Positions 1 to 13,164 of a stretch of 64,000 nt of DNA are shown piece after piece. The notes below the pieces were generated by a model, which was given only the letters and a program-made list of their open reading frames with translations, did not search any database and was not told where the DNA came from. The position numbers and the translations under genes are program-made. Position 1 is the first letter of the stretch, and the number at the start of each line of letters is the position of its first letter. The stretch comes from the human T2T-CHM13v2.0 reference genome, Homo sapiens: the NCBI RefSeq assembly GCF_009914755.1, contig NC_060938.1. One strand, 5' to 3'.

Positions 1-912
1 GGTCAAGCTCAACAAAAGCTAACAAGAAGTCAAAGATTTTTAAATGTCTACTGAAATCAGTAATATTTAAAGTACTAGTGATCCCATTAACTGCAATTTC
101 AGTGGCATGGTGGAGCAAACCAGACTACAACAGGAGACAGACAGAAAGAACGTAAATGCGATTTTTAAAAGACAATTTACTTTTCAAATTAAAATAACAT
201 ATTTATTAAACGCCAGCTTATATGTAAAGTGCTTCCTGCATGCTATATTGCATAGGGTAGTATAATTCTTTGTCTGTACCCTAGTGTTGAATAGTGAGAC
301 TTGATCGGCTCGTTTTATTTTTGGAGATCACTACTTTAAAAGGCTTTCTTCATGCTGACATTTGCATAATCCTAAAGACTTTCCCAGTAGTACATGGGCA
401 TGGATGGTTTTAAGGTATAAGCATCCAAACATATTCTTTCCTAAAATGGACTGAGAAGACTACAGACAGTGGTGGCATCATGCTGGGTCTCCTGTCCCAT
501 AGTTCCTTGTACAATCTTCCTTCTCCCATTTAGCCAAAATAGCCATATTCTTCCTCTCTTCAGAAATTCTCCCTTATGTACTGTCTAAGGTATAAAAACC
601 TCCAGACAGGGCCAGCAGTACATTTTCTATCTTTTCCCATCTTATACTTTTTTTGGCATGACACTCAGAAATTCAAAGAACTCAGTGATGTTGCTCCTGC
701 AAAATCTCTCAATTCTCATCTACTGATTTATAACATCAGTATTTCTCAAGCTTGTATCTACATTTTAATTTAGAATAAAATGTGTGCCGAGCCCTGCTGA
801 ATTCCAGCTATAAGTATATTCACCTATGGATGCACTAACAAATTAGGGAGGAGGGGATCACAACCAACCTCTATCATTAAGAAATTTATTTCCAGTAAAA
901 GTTTTTATGTTT

Positions 913-1518
<606 letters not shown>

Positions 1519-1647
1519 TTTTTATGCTTATCAAAATGCATAAATTTATACTGTTTTGATCAACTATACACTTAACAATAATTGTAATTACAACACAATC
1601 CAGAAGAAAAGTAACACTTAAAGCCCCATGATTATCTGAAGGAAATA

Positions 1648-2869
1648 AAGTTATGCATCACAGAAGGACATCTGGTCAATGACAGACCATGTATAGGATA
1701 GTGGTCCTGTAAGATTATAATGGAGCTGAAAAATTCCTATCACCTTAGTGACATCGCAGCCATCATAAGGCAATGTAGCACAACACATTACTCACATGTC
1801 TGTGGTGATGCTGGTGTAAATAAACCTCTTGCTCTGCCAGTCATAAGTCTAGCACAAACAGTTATACACAGTACATAATACTCGAGGGTGATAATAAACA
1901 ACTATGCTACCGGCTTCTGTTTTAATACCTATACTATACAATTTAATCATTATTTTAGAGTATACTCCTACTTTAAAAAAAAAAAAGTTAACTGTAAAAC
2001 AGGCTCAGGCAGTTCTTTCAGGAGGTACCCAGAAGAAGGCATTGTTATCATAGGAAAGGACAGCTCCATGCATGTTACTGTTCCTGAAGACCTTCCAGTG
2101 GAACAAGATGTGGAGGTAGAAGGTGGTGACATTGATGATCCTTACCCTGTGTAGGCCTAGGCTGTGTTTTTTTGCGTCTTAGTTTTTGACAAAAAAGTTT
2201 AAAAATTAAAAAAAAAAATTAAAAATACAAAAAAATGCTTATAGCATAAGAATATAAAGAAAAAGTATTTTTGCATAGCTGTACAATGTGTGTTTAAGCT
2301 AAATGTTATTACAAAAGAAACAAAAAGTTCAAAAATTTTTTTAAAGTTTATAAAGTTACTGTAACCTCAGGTTAACTTATTATTGAAAAAAAAAAGATGT
2401 CTTTATTAATATAGTCTAGCCGAAGTGTACAGTGTTTATTCTAGCCGAAGTGTACAGTGTTTATAAAGTCTACAGTAGTGGACAGTGATGTCCTAGGCCT
2501 TCACATTCACTCACTGACTCACTCAGAGGAATTTCTAGTCCTGCAAGCTCCATTCATGGTAAGTGCCCCATACAGCCATATCAATTTTTATCTTTTTAAA
2601 ATTTTTATTTTTTATATTTTATGCCATATTTGTACATACCTTTTCTATGTTTAGATACACAAATACCATTGTGTCACAGTTGCCTACAGTATTCAGTAAC
2701 ATGCTGTGCAGGTGTATAGCCTAGGAGCAATAGGCTGTACCCTATAGCCTAGGTATACAGTAGGCTATACCACTGGGTTTAGGCAAGTACACTATGACGT
2801 TCACACAACAAAACTGCCTAATGACCCATTTCTCAGAACATATCCCTGTCGTTAAGCAACACATGACTG
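1648..2869. mobile_element. full-length Tigger3b-type DNA transposon
   Basis: Degenerate CAGTCATGC TIRs at both ends with flanking TA. Diagnostic internal sequence GATTATAATGGAGCTGAAAAATTCCTATC and TGAAGACCTTCCAGTGGAACAAGATGTGGAGG. Confidence 0.85.
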
Positions 2870-2935
2870 TACTGATAAAATGAATATAGTAAGCCCTAGA
2901 GCAACCACTAAGAAACAATTTAAAAATACATACTG

Positions 2936-3225
2936 GGCTGGGCATGGTGGCTCCCACCTGTAATCCTAGCACTTTGAGAGGCCAAGGTGGGCAGATTGCC
3001 TGAGCTCAGGAGTTCAAGACCAGCCTAGGCAGCATGGTAAAACCCTGTCTCTACTAAAAACCCAAAAAATTAGCCAGGCATGGTGACATGGGCCTGTAGT
3101 CTCAGCTACTCGGGAGGCTGAGGTACGAGAATCGCTGGAACCTGGGAGGCTGAGGTTGCAGAGAGCCGAGATTGTGCCACTGCATTCCAGCCAGGGCGAA
3201 ACAGTGAGAATCTGTCTCAAAAAAA
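2936..3225 (+). mobile_element. AluS within an old L1M fragment
   Basis: Dimeric Alu, followed shortly by a (TA)n run. Confidence 0.88.
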
Positions 3226-3721
3226 TTTCATATTTTATATATATATATATATAAAAATCATTAAAGGAATTAAAATGTTACACTAGAAAATATTTGCTTA
3301 ATGCAAAAGAAAGCCTAATGCCAACAGAAAAAATTTAATATAAACAATTTCAATTTATATGTTTTTATTGTAGAGAAATGGCAGCATGATCAATAAAAGA
3401 CAAGCATAAACTATATAAATTACAATGGAATCTTGCAAAGTAAAATGGACACAGGAGTTCAATGGAAAAAGACACGATGTTAAATTTCCAACTTTAATGA
3501 AGAGATTGTTCAAGCATTTTTTAACGGATAATGTGTACGATTTTTAAATCCCACTGGATGAAAAAAGTTATATTTTAATATCAATATTTAAACAAGTTAT
3601 TCTCTACAACTATTTAAAATTATAATAAAAAGTAAGTCAATTTTAAACATACAAGGAATATGTAGTTTTTTAAAAAAAATTTCAGAGATAATTGAGCAAA
3701 CATGGTTAAAGACCACTCCTT

Positions 3722-5040
3722 CATTTATTTTTTCCAACTTTTAAGTTCAGGGATACATGTGTAGTACATCCAGGTTTGTTACATACGTAAATGTGTCCCA
3801 TGGTGGTTTGCTGCACAGATCATCCCATCACTTAGTATTAAGCCCAGTATCCATTAGCTATTCTTCCTGATGCTCTCACTCCTCACCCTCTGACAGGCCA
3901 CAGTGGGTGTTGTTCCCACCATGTGTCCATGTGTTCTCATCATTCAGCTCCCACTTGAGAACATGCAGTATTTGGTTTTCTGTTCCTGCATCAGTCTGCC
4001 AAGGATAACGGCTTCCAGCTCCATCCACGTGCCTGCAAAGGACATGATCTCATTCCTTTTTATGGCTGCATAGTAGTCCACTGTGTGTATGTATACTTTC
4101 TTTATCCAGTCTATCACTGATGGGCATTTGGGTTGATTCCGTGTCTTTGCTATTGTCAACAGTACTGCAATGAACATAAGCGTGCATATATCTTTATAAT
4201 AGAACAATTTATATTCCTTTGGGTATATACCCAGTAATGAGGTTGCTAGGTCAAATGGTATTTCTGCCTCTAGGTCTCTGAGGAATCGCCACACTGTCTT
4301 CCATAATGGTTAAACTAATTTACACTCCCATCAACAGTGTAAAAGCATTCCTTTTTCTCCACAATCTCACCAGCCCGTGTGTTTTGTTTTTGTTGTTATT
4401 GTTGTTGTTTTACTTTTTAATAATAGCCATTTTGAGTGGTGCGAGATGGTATCTCATTGTGGTTTTGATTTGCATTTCTCTAATGACAGTGATGTTGAGC
4501 TTTTTTTTCCACATTTGTTGGTCACATGTATGTTGTCTTTTCAGAAGTGTCTGTTCACATCCTTTGCCCACTTTTTAATGGGGTTGTTTTTTTCTTGTAA
4601 ATTTGTTAAGTTCCTTACAGATGCTGAATTTTAGACCTTTGTCAGACGGATAGTTTGCAAAAATTTTCTCCCATTCTGTAGGCTGTCTGTTCATTCTGAT
4701 GACAGTTTCTTTTGCTGTGCAGAAGCTCTTTAATTAGATAACCATTTCTCAGTTTTTGCTTTTGTTGCAATTGCTTTTTGCTTCTTCATCATGAAATCTT
4801 TGCCCATGCCTATGTCCTGAATGGTACTGCCTAGATTTTCTTTTAGGGTTTTTATAGCTTGGGGTTTTATAATTAAGTCTTTAATTCATCTTGAGCTGAT
4901 TTTTGTATATGGTGTAAGGAAGGGGTCCAGTTTCAATTTTCTGCATAGGGCTAGCCAGTTCTCCCAGCACCATCAGGGAATCCTTTCCGCATTGCTTGTT
5001 TGTGTCAGGTTTGTCAAAGATCAGATAGTTGCAGGTGTGA
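3722..5040 (-). mobile_element. 5'-truncated L1PA (ORF2 C-terminus and 3' UTR)
   Basis: ORF 3944-4294 is an L1 ORF2p C-terminal remnant. TSD AAGACCACTCCTT / AAGCCCACTCCTT with a TTTT/AAAG endonuclease site on the minus strand. Confidence 0.92.
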
Positions 5041-5426
5041 GAAGCCCACTCCTTTAAAACAGCATATGTTCAGGTTACTTACTAGCTAGCTGGGTGGCTC
5101 TGAACAAATCCTTAATTTCCAAGTCTCAATTTCCTGGTCCATAAAATAGAAATAGTAACTCCACAGAGTTACTGTGACCATTAATGAGGTAATATATGTA
5201 AAACTACCAACATATTAATAGTTCCTGGTACTAAGCAAACACTTTTTAAATGCGGGCCATTGGTCTTTATCTTTCACAGTACCTACCTAGTACAATGATG
5301 AGCTCTATAAAGGAACTCAAGGTGTGCTTGACAATATGAAAAAAAAGCAAACATTAAATTATATATTTCTTCTTAATACGTAATTCCATAGATTAACTAG
5401 GCAAAGAATACATCTTTATTAGTTTA

Positions 5427-5794
<368 letters not shown>

Positions 5795-6149
5795 TTAGAT
5801 TAACATTTCATCAGCACCTACTACAAACAGGACACTAGAGTGTACTATTTTATACCTACATTTACACCTGCATTAAATCTTCATAATAACCCTCCGAATT
5901 AGGTATTTTTGTGCCTACTTTACAAATATGGCAATTGAGGATCAGAAAAACTAAGTAACTTGCAAAAGGTCTTCAATTAATCACTGCGGAAACCCACAAA
6001 AAAGAGAAATGTATTTTCACATGGAAGATTTTGCAGGAGGCTAAGCAAAATCATGTGTTAACATATCATAATTTTTTTTAATGTAGTACTGGTTTGGGGG
6101 CTGGCTCATAGAACAAGCTTTTAAAACGCAATGGAAAAACTCTCCATTC

Positions 6150-7250
6150 CTTTAGTGCAAGTATTTTTAAAAATGCAGTCAAGGATCACATGTATCAGAA
6201 TCTCCTAGGATGTTTATTAAAAATGCAGATTCTTGAATTTCTAGAGCCAAAATCTGTATGGAAGGGGCCAGAAGCCTGAATGTTAGCAAATTCCCAGGTG
6301 AACCCAGTGCTGTTATGTCTGAGAAGCTCAAGTTTCTTGAATCTGGGGCAGTGTGGTGTACAAAAAAAAAATATAAAGTCAGAAAGACAGGTTTCAAACC
6401 TTGCTGCACTGTTTAATACTAAGCTTGAGTAAGTTATTTAACCTCACAGTAAACAGAAAGTTAGTACCCAATTTAGAGTAAAATAATGTATGTAAAAGCA
6501 CCCACACAGTACAGTATATAGAGATGGAAGGTATTTAATAAATGATCATTATTATTTTCAAAAGTAAACTAAAACCCCTAACCTTGCTCCATGTTCCCCC
6601 TAGCCATCAACCCCATTTTCTCTGTCAAGGTAGTTATCTGCTCAAACTGCAAACTACAAGCGACCTTCTAACCCTCAGCTCCTCTGAAACTGCTTGTAAC
6701 CACCATTAAAATGACAAATGCAATAAACAATATTTAGTCCTCATCTTTATTGAATTCTCATCTCTACCTAGTTCCTAGGACCACTCACCTTTTTTGAAAT
6801 TCTAACTTCCCTTGACTTCTGTAACACTTCACTCTCTCAATCTTTTTTCTGATCCTTTACAATTTAAAATGTTGGAGTTCATCTAAGTTTCATCTTCGGC
6901 CTTTTTTGTTTCTCAAGCTGATCTACTTACTACCCACGCACTTTGTGCAGTTCCATCTCCTGCCACTGTTATTCACTATTGATACTCTGATAACTCCCAT
7001 ATCTTTACAACTGCAATCTTCCTATACGTATATTCCCAGTGCCTCCTGAGCTTCTCTACCTGGATCTAAAGCCCCCACATTCTAAAGCCCCCTCAAAAAT
7101 CAATATAGTAAAACTTATTCTCTGTCCAATCTCAATCTCCTCCTCCCACTCCCAACTCCAGACAGTGGAGAAAACCTGCTCCTTCTCTAGAATTTCCTAT
7201 TTCACCATCAACTAGGTACCACAAGTTACGGTCATCAAGGTTCTTCCCTC
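6150..7250. mobile_element. old repeats: MER5A-like, MIR and L2 fragments
   Basis: CAGAATCTCCTAGG...AAAATGCAGATTCT (MER5), MIR core, and pyrimidine-rich L2-like sequence. Confidence 0.55.
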
Positions 7251-7746
7251 TACTTGTGTTTTTCAGATTTTTTCATAGTTTTTTTTTTTTAAGAATGTTT
7301 GACACATTCCATTAAAAAAATGGCCCATCATAAAAGACTTCAAAAGGTAAGTAGAACTGCTTGCTTCATGTATTAAGTATTTCCACAACTAAAAGTTTGA
7401 AACTTTTGTACCATATTGTTATCTCTGGAAGAGATGGGATTAAGCTCTATTACTTCATACCTCATATATTTCTTTACTGTTTGAATTTTTTGTAATGAGC
7501 ATATATTAATTGTATAGTAAAAATGAACTATTAAAAACCTAACAGTGTTTAAAACATATGGAGGCAATGACTTAGCTTCTGCAAACTGTCAACCTTAGAC
7601 AACTATGAGAGAAACGGGACTTGATGGAACTCTCTTCTCAGTAAACACCAAGTTTTCGTCCCAATTTTGTGGCAGAGAAGTTGAAATAAAGTTAAACCTC
7701 TAAATACAAAAAGGTTTATTACAGCAGTGAAGAGTAATATTAAAGG

Positions 7747-8052
7747 GGCCTGGTACGGTGGCTCATGCCTGTAATTCCAGAAACTGGGGGGGGCTGAGGT
7801 GGGAGGATCACTTGAGCCCAGGAGGTCAAGATCAGCCTGGGCAACATAGTGAAATCCGGTCTCTACAAAAATTAAAAGAAATTAACTGGGTGTGGTGGTG
7901 TACATCAGTAGTCCCCACCTACTCAGGAGGCTGGATTGGAGGATCGCTTGAACCCATGAGTTTGAGGCTGCAGTGAGCTGATCACACCACTGTACTCCAG
8001 CCTAGGTAACAGAGACTGTCTCTAAAGAAAGAAAAGGAAAAAAAGAAAAAAA
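7747..8052 (+). mobile_element. AluJ
   Basis: Diverged dimeric Alu. Confidence 0.85.
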
Positions 8053-8683
8053 CTGATAAATGTTAACAGTTTTGGAGAGTCAACAGTTCCAGAATTTACA
8101 TTGCACCACTAAGCTACAAAATAATTTCCCTAAGTATAAGATGTTTAAATAGGTTATATTTATGCCCAGTCTTATAACCACTTGAGCAAAATCCCATATA
8201 TCTTGTAGCATAAGGTACCTTGAAATTCAGTCATTCTGGGAAAATCCAAGGCTACTATAGTATATGAGTAGTAAAAATTCTCAACCTACTTGGCTCAAGC
8301 AACATTTTCCACACCAGTCCTATGAAGTGTTTCCTCACCAGTCCTATCAAGTATTTTTTTTTTTTTAGTCACCACTATGCTAACGAGAAAATAACTCTTA
8401 AACTAAAAGTGGAGACACCTGAACTACTCAGCAAATAAATGCCCCACCATAGAGTCCTTTAGAGCTTTTTATTCTTCTGTTTAAGGGTATTTTGCTTTCA
8501 ATTATCATCAATGAGTTTCACGCATATAAACAGAAAAAGTGAAGGTAACACTCTAGTCTCCAGGTGACCTTTGACAAATAATCAGTAATCAATGTTTCTT
8601 GAACTGAAGATAATTTTATTAAACACCAAGAGAATATAAGCAGCAATCGAAACATTCTTAAACTGAAGTTAAAAGGCCTCAGT

Positions 8684-8995
<312 letters not shown>

Positions 8996-9367
8996 TCAGT
9001 GTAATAAATTGTTAATGTGTATCTTCTTGAGCTCCTGTAAGAAAAGGGTCTTTGTTTAGTTCACTGCTATATCCCCCAGCCCCTCACAGTGGCACATGCT
9101 AAGAGCTCAATAAATGTACTGAATCGATTAATGAAAGAAATTCCATTTAAAAATCAAAAATAAAGGCACAGTCATAGAGTTAAAAAGGAATGAGTCATTA
9201 AATCCAACTTCCCACCCCAAATAGAATTTCCTCCTTTCAACATTTTGCCATTTCAACCACTTCTAGGGACAAGGAGTTTATGAAATTTTTAGACAGTCTA
9301 TTCCAATGATGGAACAATCCCAAACCCCTTGCCTCTATTTCTCCCTCCACTTCATGCCACGTTTAAG

Positions 9368-10620
9368 GTAGTAATCTCCAAAACTGGATGCATATATCCT
9401 AAAGTATTATCAGATGATTCATAAGGATGTGAGAGGAAAATGAGACATTCTATATTAAATTTTCCAAATTTAGATTGAAAAGTTGTACTTATATTTAATA
9501 TACAAATGGGCACTGGCACCTTCCTTCAAGCCACATATCAAACTGGTACAAAGAGAAAACTAGTAGTTCCACAACAGAGAAGGATTAAGAGTGGTGCCCT
9601 CAGTTGGATGTTCCTTCCACTTCTGCACACTGAAACATTTCCACATACATTCTATAGAATAAAACCAGACCTTTAAACAGTAGAATCTTTGTAAAGAGAA
9701 AGTGAATGGCAATTACCTTCTGGTTTCCTGGTTTCTCCTATGGCCAAGTGTTTAAGGGTTGGATTTAAAGATAAGCATTTTCCTTTTACACAGAGAAGAA
9801 TTCTCCACTGACTATTTATGTATTTATGACAATGACTATCAGTAGTACATGCTACCTAGCAGATATTTTCCAAAAAACAAAACATACTTAATCTGTCTTT
9901 TCAAAATAAAGATAGCACTTTAATAATGAGTAAGAAAGCAACCACTTTTCAAAGACTACTTGTACTATGAGGAGAACATTTGAAAAACTGTATTTGGAAA
10001 TGTTTCCATTGTTCCATGATTTTGTTGCTGAAAACAATGTCTATTAAAAACATTGCTTATTTTTTAAGTCATTATCTATATAGTTTACAAAATGTTTAAA
10101 AACATGAAAAGACTATTCCAACCAATCTAAGTCTTCTGAACAAAGAGCTTGAAAAACTGAATTTTAAACCTAATTGTGTGTATATATGCAATGTCAATTA
10201 GCCATAATAGAAAAACTAATTGAGATCAGGAATGAAAGGAATGTCATTGCTGAGTTCAACAAAATTCTTTGCATAATTGATCATTTAGAATTGAAACAGT
10301 AGGAGTACAGCAATTCTTCAATTAGCATCAGTTTTTCCATTAGGATCTATGAATCTCCGAAGGTACCTTTTTTTCAGTCATGTAAGTCATTAAAATCAAG
10401 TATCTGGCTGGGTCCTATGGCTCATGCCTGTAATCTGAGCACTTGGGAGGCAGAAGTGGGAGGACCACTTGAAACCAGGAGTTCAAGACCAGCTTTGGCA
10501 ACATAGCAAGAGAATGAATCCTCTACCAAAAAAAAAAAAAAAAAAAAAAATCAAGTGTGAAAATAAACTGAATTTGGAATCAGAACTCTGAACAGCTGTA
10601 TCTAAGGGTCACACTAAGAT
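9368..10620 (+). mobile_element. decayed Charlie-like hAT transposase remnant, interrupted by a FLAM (10406-10550)
   Basis: Fragmentary peptide motifs YLADIF, LNLSFQ, EMFP, IKIKY and NKLNLESEL typical of Charlie/Buster transposases. The FLAM has TSD AAAATCAAGT. Confidence 0.7.
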
Positions 10621-12410
10621 TTATCCTAACCATCAACACAGCACATGAAAATAAATCAGCAACAGCAAATGTTTACTGGATGCTTTGACATTATCATTTT
10701 AGTTTACAAAACCCGCCCATCAAGAACAAAACATCATCCTCAGATTAAGTTTAGTAATAAATCATTTTGCCAATGATTCTGAACTCAAACTATAAAATTC
10801 AAATATCACTACCTCTGATTTCCCATAAGGACTAAATAAAACCTCACAAATGAAAGTGCCTAGTACAATGCCTGACATAAATACATACTCAATAAACATT
10901 AACTGCCTTTCTTTTGATCTTAGGCCATGTGATGTAATACTTGCTAGATGTGTGATGGGGCAAACTGCTTAACTCCATCTGTAAAATGGAAATATTAATG
11001 CCCACCTTATAGGGTTAAAGTCATTAAAGGATAATGCATACAAAGCCCTTCCACCCACAAAAGGCATTAATAAATCCTGAACCCTCTTTTTTCAAGATAA
11101 CCTATTCATAACTGTATCAAAAGTATAGAATCATGGGTTGTTGAATTCAAAAATATCCTTCAGAATCCCTATCTTTTGGAAGAATTACAGGAATACAATA
11201 CCATAAGACGGACGACACAGAGATGAAGTGTGTGCTCCATTAGTGTTTACTGAACTCAGGTGAATTGCTAAGTCCATTATCACTCGGCTAATTGTGGCGG
11301 TCTGGAGAGTCTCTCCAGGGGTAGGACTCTCACCTCCTGGTGAGCGACTGGGTCTTACTGCTCTCAAACCAGGGCTCTTTCCACTATCTTGTGTCCTCTC
11401 CCTAGTTTATGTCAGGTACATACTGATAAAATTATATACTGATTTATAGTCTCTAGCACAAATTCGCTTAAGGGTCATAATAAGGTATTTCCATAATTTA
11501 AGATTTTCTGTGGCTAAGGAAGTAAGGGTTGGGCAAAGGGTAGAAGTCACTCTATTCCTGTCAAACCCAAAAGTGAATATACTTTAAGTAAAATGCTATG
11601 CATTGAACACACAAATGCAGGTACGACTGCATGTGGTGAGTCGAAATTCAGATGAAGCACCTGTATAGCAATGAGTGAATTCACAGCCTCTAGATGACAA
11701 GTAGAAGGCAGGTTTTAAAATGTCTGAAAATTGCAACTTCAGCGCTTTTGCAACACCTGCTTTTACGATCTGTCACGTGGAGCAAAGAGGCATAACTCAA
11801 CAGCACTACTAGGGCCAGACGACCATTCACAGGCTGGATACACAAACCTATCTTGTAAACATATAATCAAGCAAAAGCAGGCAAACCGGCACAAGAGGCC
11901 TTCACCTAACTTTCTTCCAGATGGCAAACGCTGCACGATGACAAACAAGGCAAACATGGTGCGCAAGCAGCCAACCCAAAACAAATAACTAGGGATTCTG
12001 ACATCCAAAGGTCCTCTTCATCCTTAATCCTTCCAGAATGTCATCCCACAAGGCAGGGTTTGTTTGCCACAAAACCCTGCGGCCCCTCACATCCCGAGGG
12101 ACAGTTCTGGTCACCTCCTCCCACGGACCTATTGAGCCTGCTTCACAGACCCCCGAAGCACTGACTCAATTATTCCCACAGTGTAGATTCCATTACATCT
12201 GTTAAAGTTTCCGGAACACGTGATTTAGGAGAGCAAACTTGTTAGAAACAGATTAAACAACACTCTAACACATTTCTCTGAGCCGTGTCACACTCGGGTC
12301 CAAACAATTCCCAAGGAGGGACTGACTGTCACCAATCTTGGATGGCACTGGTTCAAAGCGCCCTAAAGAGGGGAGCGAGCCCCGCCCGGCTCGCCGCCGG
12401 CAGCTCTTAC

Positions 12411-12572
12411 CCATTTGTCCAAGGGGACCTGGGCGAGGGACCCGGTGCCTTGGTACAGGTCCAGGCTGAGCTGCTCCAGGCTCAGCTTCTCCTGCAGAAA
12501 GTGGCCCAGGTACCTCTGCAGGAGGTACCGGCAGGCCCTCTTCTTGATAGACTCCGAAAACGGCCAAGGCAT
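12411..12572 (-). CDS. ATG2B: ATG2B coding exon 1 (aa 1-54, start of chorein-N domain)
   Basis: Translates MPWPFSESIKKRACRYLLQRYLGHFLQEKLSLEQLSLDLYQGTGSLAQVPLDKW, the recognised ATG2B N-terminus. Phase-0 donor TGG|GTAAGA at 12411/12410. Exon 2 was not found, so 1-12410 is intron 1. Confidence 0.97.
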
Positions 12573-12940
12573 AGTGACTGCTGGCAGCTGGGCTGACTGC
12601 GGCTGCGGGTTGCGACGGCTCCGGCCTCGGGGTAGCGACTCCGGCTCCAGGCCGCGGCGGGGCCTAAGCCTGGGGCGGCCCCTCCATCCCTATTTGGTGC
12701 CGGGAGTCCCTCAGGGAGACCCCATCGCCGGCGCCGCACCGCTCGCGCTGGGCCTGGCGGAGGCAAGACGCAGAGGGGTCCTCCTGGCCCCAGGCCAGGG
12801 GACTTCCGAGGAGGGTCCCAACCGGCTCGGAGAGAGTGCAAGAGAGCGCGAGAGGAGGCGGCAGGGGCTGAGGCAGCCACCGCCACTGCCGCCGCGCGAC
12901 GAATTTGTTGTCATCCGCGAGGCGCGTTCCCGGCTGTAGG
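12573..12940 (-). other. ATG2B: ATG2B 5' UTR (TSS approximate)
   Basis: GC-rich leader between the ATG and the ETS/GC-box core. The upper boundary is inferred, not observed. Confidence 0.65.
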
Positions 12941-13121
12941 GACGCTCCTGGCGCGTTCACGAGACCCAGACTCCCGGCGCGCCGCCGGGCGCTGGCGGAA
13001 GTGACGCCACACTGGGGCCGCGGAAGGCGGGCAGAAGGGCGGGGGCTGGAGCAGTTCCGGCTCCGAGGGGGCGGGGCGGAAGAAGGCGGGGAGGGAGGGG
13101 GCGGCACCTCCGGTCGGCTCC

Positions 13122-13164
13122 AGTCGCCTCCGGAGGAAGGAAGAAGAGGACGCCGGGCGCGCAG
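13122..13164 (+). other. GSKIP: GSKIP non-coding exon 1 (start approximate)
   Basis: Inr-like CAGTC near 13121 and a strong donor GCAG|GTGAGC at 13164/13165 within the CpG island. Confidence 0.75.

Noticed and set aside
3944-4294. 116-aa ORF
   Set aside because: L1 ORF2p C-terminal remnant of a truncated L1PA, not a host gene.
7065-8350. Micro-duplications (TCTAAAGCCCCC x2; CACCAGTCCTAT x2; similar ones at ~30160, ~32583 and ~48384)
   Set aside because: Ordinary slippage products of 11-24 bp with no evidence of function.
12053-12080. Short inverted repeat GCAGGGTTTGT...ACAAAACCCTGC
   Set aside because: An 11-bp bulged stem is too short for a miRNA or MITE and is plausible by chance.
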